In this document: one piece after another, positions 10,697 to 18,619 of the stretch
Layout: each line of letters opens with the position of its first letter
Position numbering within the stretch: position 1 is the first letter of the stretch
Assembly: GCA_947496065.1 (NCBI GenBank)
Contig: CANMBF010000010.1
Span: 8,433 to 72,432, forward strand
Source of the DNA: Bacteroidota bacterium
Lineage (GTDB): Bacteria; Bacteroidota; Bacteroidia; NS11-12g; UBA955
Direction of reading: 5' to 3'
DNA length: 64,000 nucleotides
The notes under the pieces: generated by a model
Databases searched by the model: none
Seen by the model: only the letters and a program-made list of their open reading frames with translations
Told to the model about the DNA's origin: nothing
Made by a program: the position numbers and the translations under genes

Positions 10697-10758
10697 TGGG
10701 CTTTTTGCATTAGGTTTTAAAAAGGGCTTGTTAAAACCTTTTAGTGAAAAGTTATGAA

Positions 10759-12012
10759 TTACATGCTCACAGCAGCAGTGTTCACCAAGTCGGTTAAACT
10801 CAACTCTAAGCCTTTAGCACTTAAGCCTGTGTTCTTAGGATTGAATTGGTGGATGCGCATCATGGCTTGTTTAATAATGGTTGACACATCTTTTAAAATG
10901 GCCAAATCATTCACTTCAGCACCGTGTTTCATTAAATATCCAAACACACGGGCCATACCACAATTCGCTACAAAATCAGGAATCACAGCGGTGTGCTCAT
11001 CCATATAAGTAGAGATCGGTCCCATGAAAATTTCTTTATCTGCAAATGGCACATTGGCACCACAGCTTATTACTTCAACACCTGCAGCAATCATGCGCTC
11101 AGCTTGGTTTTGTGTAATCAAACGGCTAGATGCACCAGGGATAAATATTTCCATTGGCAAATCCCAAATTTTAGCATTCACTTCTTCAAACGGCAGCATG
11201 TTAGGATGGTACAATTCATTGCCTTTTCTGTTTAAGAAAAGGTCTTTTATTTCTTCGTAAGTAAAACCTTTTTCGTTGATAAGGCCACCTTGTCTATCGA
11301 TGATACCTGTAATTAAAACACCGTTTTTAGAAAGGTAGAAAGCCGCAGCAGCAGCTACATTGCCCCAACCTTGAATTACAGCGTATTTACCACTCATATT
11401 GCCGCTCCATAATTCATAATAATGTCTTACAGCTTCGGCCACACCCCAGCCAGTAATCATATCGGCAATGGTGTAATTTTTTGCAACGCTAGGGGTAAAG
11501 CGTTCGTCTTCTATTGGCAATAGCACCCCTTTTTGTAGGCGACTAATGCTTTTTAATTTTTCTTCTGATGAATAGTGTAAATGTCCATTCACAATACCTT
11601 CTTGCGGGTGCAATAAACCATTGGCTGCGGTCATAGGAATTACTTCGTGAATCTCATCTACATTTAAGTCACCACCAGTACCATAATAAGAAGAAAGGAT
11701 AGGGTGAACGGCTTTGTACCAACGTTTCAAAACGCCTGCTTTGCGCGGGTCGTTAGGATCGAAATTAATACCAGACTTGGCACCACCAATTGGGGGACCG
11801 CAAACAGAGAATTTAATTTCCATGGTTTTGGCCAAACTTTCTACTTCGCGTTTATCTAAACCTTTGCGCATGCGAGTACCACCACCAGCAGCGCCATTGC
11901 GCAATGAGTTGATCACAATCCAGCCTTCTGCTTCAGTTTCGCTGTCTTTCCATTCGAAAACAATTTCAGGGCGTTTGTTTTCAAATTTATCTAATAATTT
12001 CTGCATGCTCAT
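10759..12012 (-). CDS. Glu/Leu/Phe/Val dehydrogenase (glutamate dehydrogenase-like)
   Basis: GGGTRMRKG and GGAKSGI motifs plus a Rossmann GWGNVA segment. ATG at 12012 (MSMQKLL) is preferred over the longer ORF-track start. Confidence 0.85.
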   Translation of the reverse strand: MSMQKLLDKFENKRPEIVFEWKDSETEAEGWIVINSLRNGAAGGGTRMRKGLDKREVESLAKTMEIKFSVCGPPIGGAKSGINFDPNDPRKAGVLKRWYKAVHPILSSYYGTGGDLNVDEIHEVIPMTAANGLLHPQEGIVNGHLHYSSEEKLKSISRLQKGVLLPIEDERFTPSVAKNYTIADMITGWGVAEAVRHYYELWSGNMSGKYAVIQGWGNVAAAAAFYLSKNGVLITGIIDRQGGLINEKGFTYEEIKDLFLNRKGNELYHPNMLPFEEVNAKIWDLPMEIFIPGASSRLITQNQAERMIAAGVEVISCGANVPFADKEIFMGPISTYMDEHTAVIPDFVANCGMARVFGYLMKHGAEVNDLAILKDVSTIIKQAMMRIHQFNPKNTGLSAKGLELSLTDLVNTAAVSM

Positions 12013-12029
12013 ATTCGTAAAAAGTGGTG

Positions 12030-12037
12030 CAAAGGTA
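12030..12037 (-). promoter_or_regulatory. Bacteroidota -7 box (TAnnTTTG) upstream of the glutamate dehydrogenase gene
   Basis: The plus strand reads CAAAGGTA, 18 nt from ATG 12012. Confidence 0.45.
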
Positions 12038-12149
12038 ACCTTATTTGGGAGAATTAGCAACCCAACTTGGGTGAGGGTTAGTGGGTTAATTGTTATTGCT
12101 TATTGGGGGAGTAGGGGCAGGGGTTATAGGCAGTTGGCGCTAGGCAATC

Positions 12150-12215
12150 GGCAATAGGAGAAAGTGTAATAGATAAATTATCTGCTAGGAAAGTTGGCAG
12201 TTGGTATTCTGAAAG
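12150..12215 (+). repeat. Copy of the ...GTGNAATAGATAAATTATCTGCTNGNAAAGTTGGCA flank element
   Basis: Homologous to 13625-13665 and 18195-18240. Confidence 0.7.
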
Positions 12216-12613
12216 TAATTAACCATCTCATCAGTTGCAAAAATCGCTAGCATTTTCAATAATTATACCAAATTTTATTATATTGAATTACAAGTACATA
12301 AACGTGCAGACCAAAAATAATATTTGATATGTAAATTAAGCATCTACATTTGAACTCGTGCAGCAAACAAGTTCTTTTAAAATTTCCATAACTTAAAAAA
12401 TAGAGATATTTCATTTGTTTGTTTTGTACAATTATCTTTAGCATTTTATGTGAATAAAGATTCATTCAAATTCATTTTTCTAAGTTAGTTTCTGTCTTTA
12501 ATTCAAAATTGAATTGACGACCATATAGTGCTGAATTAAGATTCACGTCTTGATAATTGAAGATTACCCTTTCCTGATTTTATTACTAACTTTTTAGTAA
12601 TGAATATTAAACT

Positions 12614-12621
12614 TAAATTTG
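12614..12621 (+). promoter_or_regulatory. -7 box TAAATTTG, 4 nt before ATG 12626
   Basis: Perfect TAnnTTTG. The A of the ATG is 5 nt after the box's G. Confidence 0.45.
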
Positions 12622-12625
12622 GAAT

Positions 12626-13321
12626 ATGAAAAATAGATATATTTTGATATTGTTTGGATCGATTTTAATAATATTTTGTAGCTGCGGATGCAAACCTAAA
12701 GATTGTCACAAAGATGGTACTTGCGCAGCGGATAATAGAGTCTTTCCACTAGGAGAAGCAAAAAAATATTTGTGCTTTAATAAAGGAAGTTATTGGATCT
12801 ATAAAAATACTAAAACTGGCGATTTAGACACACAAGTTTGTGAAGGCTATCTTCTGGATAATATCGTTGAAAAAGGCACTTTTAACCATACCAAACATAT
12901 AACCGTTCGATACGAGTATATGTCAAGAGCAATAAGTAGTTCTTTTAATGATTGTTATTATTATGATGTTACTGCTGGTTATAATCCAGATGCTTTGAGG
13001 CCATTAAAAACTATAATTGATAGAAATTCATCTTCAATTGGAGCCATTGAGGCCTTTTTTTATCCGTTTGTCACTAATGACAAAGAGGGCAATGGTAGTA
13101 ATATGACCACATGCATCGGGTTAGATAGCACCCTCACTGTCCAAGGCAAAACCTATTATAATGTTGCAAAGTTTGATGTAGATCGGGATGATGTCTGGTA
13201 TAATAATGCAAGTTATCCCAATGCAGTTTACTATTGGGCAAAGGATGTTGGATTAATAAAAAGGTGGAATAAAACTGAAAACTTTTCTTGGGAATTGATA
13301 GAATTTAAAATAGTAGAATAG
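12626..13321 (+). CDS. Hypothetical lipoprotein
   Basis: Signal peptide with a Cys-rich lipobox region (IIFCSCGC). AT-rich. No recognisable domain. Confidence 0.5.
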   Translation: MKNRYILILFGSILIIFCSCGCKPKDCHKDGTCAADNRVFPLGEAKKYLCFNKGSYWIYKNTKTGDLDTQVCEGYLLDNIVEKGTFNHTKHITVRYEYMSRAISSSFNDCYYYDVTAGYNPDALRPLKTIIDRNSSSIGAIEAFFYPFVTNDKEGNGSNMTTCIGLDSTLTVQGKTYYNVAKFDVDRDDVWYNNASYPNAVYYWAKDVGLIKRWNKTENFSWELIEFKIVE

Positions 13322-13322
13322 T

Positions 13323-13580
13323 ATGAAATCAAGTTCAATACAAATAGTAATATACATTCTGACTCTGGTATGTGTGAATTTAAATGCTCAGTCAACAACT
13401 GATTTAGAATTGCATAATCGCTATTGGACTTACCGTGAAAATTTTAGGAAGTATTTTAAAAGTATTGGTAAGGAGAATGGACAAAACATTGCATTTGTTG
13501 AAATTTCCCGCTCTATTTCTGCTGACAATATTAATTGACATCAAACAAGAAATAAGTGGAGCGGTGAAAGTATTGAGGTA
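13323..13580 (+). pseudogene. Fossil of a CHU_C-type secreted protein gene (N-terminal 71 codons fused out of frame to the last 14 codons)
   Basis: The 13323-13538 ORF encodes a signal peptide plus about 50 aa. 13537-13581 in another frame reads DIKQEISGAVKVLR-stop, matching the C-terminus DIKQEITGAVEVLR-stop of the 13794-18170 gene. The 3' flanks are also homologous. Confidence 0.5.
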
Positions 13581-13665
13581 ATGCAAGGCAATAGGAACTA
13601 GGGAATAGGCAATAGGGAATAGGGGAGAAGGTGTAATGGATAAATTATCTGCTGTATTTGTTTGC
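13537..13665 (+). repeat. Copy of the CHU_C gene 3' end plus the flank element
   Basis: Aligns with 18126-18232 through the last 14 codons, the stop, the AGGAACTAGG word repeats and the GATAAATTATCTGCTG tail. Confidence 0.8.
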
Positions 13666-13793
13666 TTTTTATGACTTCCAACACATACCTATGTTTTTTG
13701 AATAAATTGTAAATTAAAATAATCCAAAAGTAATCAGATTCATGAGTCTTCATATTTGAGTTGTTTTATTGATTTATTCCCTAAAATCGTATT

Positions 13794-16700
13794 GTGAACT
13801 TTGTAAAGGTTAGATATATACTACTTTCAATTATTCTACTTAGCATTAGTATTTGCAATGCCCAGAACTTTGAGTGGCAAAGGGCTTTTGGTGCTTATAC
13901 GAGAGACAATATGGAGACGAGAGGTTTGTGTGCTGAAGTCAATGGCGTATCTACTTTTCTTGTGAATACTGCTACTATGGTTGGAAAAAAAACATTTAAT
14001 CCCGACTCCATTCGTTTTGATAATTTGGTTTTTAAATTTCCTACAAGTTTAGATTATTATAATAAATGCTTTATCGTTCGTTTAGATAGTAATGGTCGAA
14101 CCCTTAATGCTAAAATGCTAGGAAATTTTTATGCCTATGATATGTGCAAAGACAAAGATGGTAATTATTATTTAACTGGCATTGCCAATGTTGATACAAT
14201 GGCCACAGTGGATAGTTTTAAATTACACGATTATCCCAGCATTTATTTCTATGCAAAATTTGATAAAAATTTCAATTTAAAATGGATGGTTCAGATTGAC
14301 CAGTCGGTGAATGATTATTGGCAATTGCAGCATCTTATGTTGTCCGAAGGGCATCTCTATTTTACAGGAGCAGCTTTGGGGAAATCGAAAATTGGGTCGA
14401 CTAATTATAATTTTGGGGCCAATTATAAAGTAGTTTTAGGTGAAGTTAACATGAACAATGGTGCGATAATTTGGAGTAATTATTTAAATATTAATTCAAG
14501 TTCTTATGGCTACACATTAATGAAGCTATTGCGCTTGAAAAATAAATTATACATCGCAGGTTTTGTTAGTAGCGGAAATTCAAATTCAAATGTTTTAATC
14601 AATACTGATTCACTTTTTGTGTCGGGTAGTTTTGTATTAGAAACTGATACTTTAGGGAATTATATAAAGTCTTTTACGATTGATAATTTTTATCAATCGA
14701 CAATCAATGCTATCGTTACGGATGGTAAACATTTATACATAGCGGGTAGTTTTAGAGATACCTTGCGATTCGGTAATAAGAAAATAATACCACAACTAAC
14801 AAAGGGCGATGGTAGTAATTCGAATACCAAAGAATTGTATATAGCATCCATTACTACTAACTTTAAAACAAGGTGGTTTTATCATCCTGAAATTTTGAAT
14901 AAAAGTAATTCCACCTATTTCGTTAATCAAATTACTAACTCTACATTCAGTGATGGTTTTCTTTATTTTGGAGGAACCGTGGGCTCAAAAATATTAATTG
15001 ACAGCAATACAATTTCACCTACTTACCAAAGCGATGTTTTTTTAATGAAATCTGATACACTGGCTAATATCCTTTGGGCAACTTCTGGGAAATCTACTTT
15101 TGGTGAAGTCGAAACCATGGATGCAATTGGCGGTAAATCAGTATTTGTCGGTGGTCGATTTACGCGCCAATTGGAATTAGGGAAATTTAAAGATACTGGT
15201 ATTGGTTTGTACAATAGTTTTGTAGCCAAAATAACTGATTTTGCCATTAAAAGAGGAAATGTTAAAGCTGGGCCCTATTGTGCTGGTGATAGTATTCGTA
15301 TTCCTTATAATCTAATTGGCAATTTTGATAGTGCTAATTTTTTTATAGCTCAACTAAGCAATGAGGATGGTAATTTTGACAAAGGCTACAAAGAATTGGG
15401 AAGACTAAAAGCCAATAAAGATGGAACAATTATTGGCGTGTTGCCAATGTTCAAGGTGGTTTCTTCAAACAAATACCGCATTCGCATTTTAAGTACAAAA
15501 CCAGCTGTTCAAAGTTATTATAGGACGGATACACTTCGGTTGTTGATTTATTCAAGAGATAATGCCTTTGCAGGAAATGATACAGTAATTTGCCGTGGGG
15601 ATACAATTGCAATATCAACGTACGGAGGTACGAAATGGAAATGGACACCAAATTATAATATGCTAGACAGTAATAGTCGTGTAGCTAAAGTTTGGCCAAG
15701 TATAACCGCGCGTTACCGAATTGTGATTGCCGATAGCTCGGGCTGTGGCGCACCTGATACTGCCTTTAAAACAATTGAGGTAAGGAAAAGCCCATTGGCA
15801 AAAATATTGAATATTGATACTGCATATTGTGTTGGTGCTTCTATTCCTCTAATTGCAAAATTTACCAATGGAGATAGTTTGAACTATAGTTGGAAATGGT
15901 ATTCAGTAGACCCCTTAGGAAATTACACAGAACTTAAAAGTGGTAGTTTAAAAAACGTTGATACCTTATTGTTTAAAATGCCAGCCATTGAAAAGGATTC
16001 TCAAAAAATTGTATTGTATTTAGAAGATGGCTGTTCAAATATAATTTCTGTTGCCAAGTATACAATAAAGATTAATAAACTAAAACCAAAGATTCAATTA
16101 ATAGCTTATGACACCGCTTTGTGTCCTGCAAGTACTTTAGCTATTACTTCGGAGTTTAAAACCATTGTTCCAAAATTGAACAGTTGGCAATGGTATGAAA
16201 CGAATTTTTCAGGCTTCTTTTTTCCAGGTGTTATCAGAAAAAATAAAACAGCAGATACCCTTTTATATACGGCACCGCTTAATATTCCTTTAAATAAAAA
16301 AATTAGAATCATTCTAAAAGACAATTGCTCTGAAAAATTTGATACAGCAATCCTTAAAATCAGAATGAGAGATACCCTAAGCCTGCAATTAAGTACCAAT
16401 GATACCACTTTGTGTTCCGGCAGTAGGCAATTGTTTAAAGCCAAAGCACAAGGCGGTTTGCCAAGCGCTTATCAATATCAATGGTTGGATGTAAAAAGCA
16501 ATAAAATACTTTCCAATATTGATTCACTGTATTTAAAAGCAGATAGTAGCAGACAAATAAGGGTTAGTGTTACCGATTATTGTATGCCCAATAATTCGTC
16601 AACCTTGTTGACTATTAAAATGAAGCCTGCTTTAGCAATTGACGCACAATTAAAGGATACCACACTTTGCTATGGACAAAACATAAAGTTAAAAGCCAAT

Positions 16701-18170
16701 GCCAAAGGCGGTGTGCCAGCCAATTATACCTATCAATGGAGCCTGAATAATACCGCCATTGCTAGTGACGATTCAGTCAATTTAAATACAAGTTCATTTG
16801 CTTCAAAAAGTGGAGGCACTACAAAGCTGCAATTAGTTGTTAGCGACCAATGCAGTCAACCCGATACTGCTTTAATGAATCTAAACATTCTGCCTGCTAT
16901 TACTACTAAAGTACTAAAAGTGGATAGTATTTGTTTTAATACCAATGTTCTATTTAAAATACAAAACACTGGAGGGAAACAACCTTATCAAATGGCTTGG
17001 TACAATCAAAGCTATGGATTGCTCACTAAGGCCGATAGTTTAATCATTCAGAATAATACACTCGCGCAAACAGGACTCAAACAATTCAAAGTAATAGTTA
17101 AAGATGCATGCTCTCAACCTGACACCACATTTATTACTACTTATTTAAGCACTCCTTTATCCTATCAATTAACAAGCTCCGATTCATGTCCTACTAACAC
17201 CGCAGTGTTAAATATGAATGCCAAAGGTGGGCGTGGAAACTATTTAGTAAAATGGTATGTCGATAATGTATATGCCGACACCAGTAATGCGACTAAGTTG
17301 GTTCAACCTAAAATGATAATGACGAAATACAAAGCGCTTATTTATGATGCTTGCAGTAAGACTCCCGACTCAGCAGAAATTCAATTAAGCTTAAAGCAAG
17401 TATTAAAGCTAACACTCAAAGGCAATTGCTTAGGCGATACAAGTATTGCCAAAGTGAGCAGCACTGTATTTAAGCCAGCTACTACTTATCAATGGTGGTT
17501 GAATGCAAGTTTGCAAAACAATCAAGACAGTGTAATTAAAATTACTTGGCCTGCGGTGGGCACTTATCAAGTAAAAGTAAGTACTGCCAATGGTACTTGC
17601 AAAGGCAGCGATTCTGATACAGTTGCAATAGTTAATAAACCCAAAGCCGACTTTACCTATCTAAAATTAACACCTACTTCAACAGGTTTTCCATTCCGTT
17701 TTATCGATCAGTCGCAACAAGCCACTACCTGGACCTGGTTTACCAACAATAGTAAATTCTCTCAAATTCAAAATCCCGATTATACCTATACCGATACTGG
17801 TTATTATAAAGTAAAATTGAGGGTGTCGAACAATCAAATTTGTTTCGATAGTTCTGAAAAAATAATCCCTGTATTTGCGCGCACCCAATTTTATTTTCCG
17901 AATGCCTTCAGTCCGAATGGCAATGGCATTAACGATGGCTTTGGATTAAGTACAACCCAGTATTACTTGGTAAAAAACTATCATCTAGAAATTTACAACC
18001 GCTGGGGCGAGCGCATCTTCCAAACCGACGATGTAAAAGAACACTGGCTAATTCCTTCACCACAAAACGAACGCCAACCACCACAAGGCGTCTACCTCTT
18101 CAAAGTCCTCATCACCGATATTTTCGATATCAAACAAGAAATTACCGGAGCAGTGGAAGTACTAAGGTAA
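13794..18170 (+). CDS. Giant secreted adhesin-like protein with a gliding-motility-associated C-terminal domain (CHU_C / T9SS type B)
   Basis: GTG start with a signal peptide. Many Cys-containing Ig-like repeats. One PKD-like module. C-terminal FYFPNAFSPNGNGINDGF...YNRWGERIF. Confidence 0.75.
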   Translation: MNFVKVRYILLSIILLSISICNAQNFEWQRAFGAYTRDNMETRGLCAEVNGVSTFLVNTATMVGKKTFNPDSIRFDNLVFKFPTSLDYYNKCFIVRLDSNGRTLNAKMLGNFYAYDMCKDKDGNYYLTGIANVDTMATVDSFKLHDYPSIYFYAKFDKNFNLKWMVQIDQSVNDYWQLQHLMLSEGHLYFTGAALGKSKIGSTNYNFGANYKVVLGEVNMNNGAIIWSNYLNINSSSYGYTLMKLLRLKNKLYIAGFVSSGNSNSNVLINTDSLFVSGSFVLETDTLGNYIKSFTIDNFYQSTINAIVTDGKHLYIAGSFRDTLRFGNKKIIPQLTKGDGSNSNTKELYIASITTNFKTRWFYHPEILNKSNSTYFVNQITNSTFSDGFLYFGGTVGSKILIDSNTISPTYQSDVFLMKSDTLANILWATSGKSTFGEVETMDAIGGKSVFVGGRFTRQLELGKFKDTGIGLYNSFVAKITDFAIKRGNVKAGPYCAGDSIRIPYNLIGNFDSANFFIAQLSNEDGNFDKGYKELGRLKANKDGTIIGVLPMFKVVSSNKYRIRILSTKPAVQSYYRTDTLRLLIYSRDNAFAGNDTVICRGDTIAISTYGGTKWKWTPNYNMLDSNSRVAKVWPSITARYRIVIADSSGCGAPDTAFKTIEVRKSPLAKILNIDTAYCVGASIPLIAKFTNGDSLNYSWKWYSVDPLGNYTELKSGSLKNVDTLLFKMPAIEKDSQKIVLYLEDGCSNIISVAKYTIKINKLKPKIQLIAYDTALCPASTLAITSEFKTIVPKLNSWQWYETNFSGFFFPGVIRKNKTADTLLYTAPLNIPLNKKIRIILKDNCSEKFDTAILKIRMRDTLSLQLSTNDTTLCSGSRQLFKAKAQGGLPSAYQYQWLDVKSNKILSNIDSLYLKADSSRQIRVSVTDYCMPNNSSTLLTIKMKPALAIDAQLKDTTLCYGQNIKLKANAKGGVPANYTYQWSLNNTAIASDDSVNLNTSSFASKSGGTTKLQLVVSDQCSQPDTALMNLNILPAITTKVLKVDSICFNTNVLFKIQNTGGKQPYQMAWYNQSYGLLTKADSLIIQNNTLAQTGLKQFKVIVKDACSQPDTTFITTYLSTPLSYQLTSSDSCPTNTAVLNMNAKGGRGNYLVKWYVDNVYADTSNATKLVQPKMIMTKYKALIYDACSKTPDSAEIQLSLKQVLKLTLKGNCLGDTSIAKVSSTVFKPATTYQWWLNASLQNNQDSVIKITWPAVGTYQVKVSTANGTCKGSDSDTVAIVNKPKADFTYLKLTPTSTGFPFRFIDQSQQATTWTWFTNNSKFSQIQNPDYTYTDTGYYKVKLRVSNNQICFDSSEKIIPVFARTQFYFPNAFSPNGNGINDGFGLSTTQYYLVKNYHLEIYNRWGERIFQTDDVKEHWLIPSPQNERQPPQGVYLFKVLITDIFDIKQEITGAVEVLR

Positions 18171-18300
18171 TGCAAGGCACTAGGAACTAGGAACTAGGGG
18201 AGGAGGTGCAATAGATAAATTATCTGCTGGAAAAGTTGGCACCCTTCGACTCCCGATAGCTATCGGGACAGGATGACTAAGCAGTTGGCAATGAAACCTC
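18126..18300 (+). repeat. CHU_C gene 3' end plus the flank element, a TCCCGAT hairpin and GTTGGCA words
   Basis: See 13537-13665. It contains TCCCGATAGCTATCGGGA at 18251-18268. Confidence 0.8.
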
Positions 18301-18331
18301 AGATGAATTATAATCCTAGATTTTAATCGCA

Positions 18332-18376
18332 GCCCTTTTTTTTACAAAGAAAAAAAAAAGCTTATGTGCTCTTTGA
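18332..18376 (-). repeat. Family D element (A/T palindrome TTTTTTAC-NNN-GTAAAAAA with an AAAGAGCA flank)
   Basis: Reverse complement of the 58669-58715 copy. Confidence 0.65.
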
Positions 18377-18598
18377 AAAGTGTATAATTTTTTTAAAGAA
18401 TCTTCGAATATTTCCTCAGTTGCATTTTTTAACCTGAACTAAAAAAAACTTCTGTTTCTTATTTTGATTTTATAATTGATTTTTAATGGCATCAAAGCTG
18501 CTACGCGGTGTGTTAAAAAAAGTTCTGAATGTAAGCACCCACCGTCAACATATGCACCCGCCTGACTGCTTACTGTTTCCTGCAGATTGCTTAATGCC

Positions 18599-18616
18599 TC
18601 CCGATAGCGATCGGGA
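18599..18616. repeat. TCCCGAT-family hairpin immediately 3' of the argS stop
   Basis: TCCCGATAGCGATCGGGA. It ends 3 nt before the argS stop codon (18620-18622). Confidence 0.7.
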
Positions 18617-18619
18617 TGC

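Noticed and set aside
11714-12157. 147-aa plus-strand ORF. Many similar antisense ORFs were also noticed, for example 2045-2374, 7487-7879, 16106-16444, 27247-27651, 45454-45963 and 60674-61261.
   Set aside because: These are shadow ORFs on the opposite strand of strongly supported genes, with no motifs and atypical composition.
12256-12465. 69-aa minus-strand ORF in the gap upstream of the 12626 lipoprotein gene.
   Set aside because: It is extremely AT-rich with a low-complexity Ile/Asn/Lys/Tyr composition and no signal or domain. It is probably non-coding.
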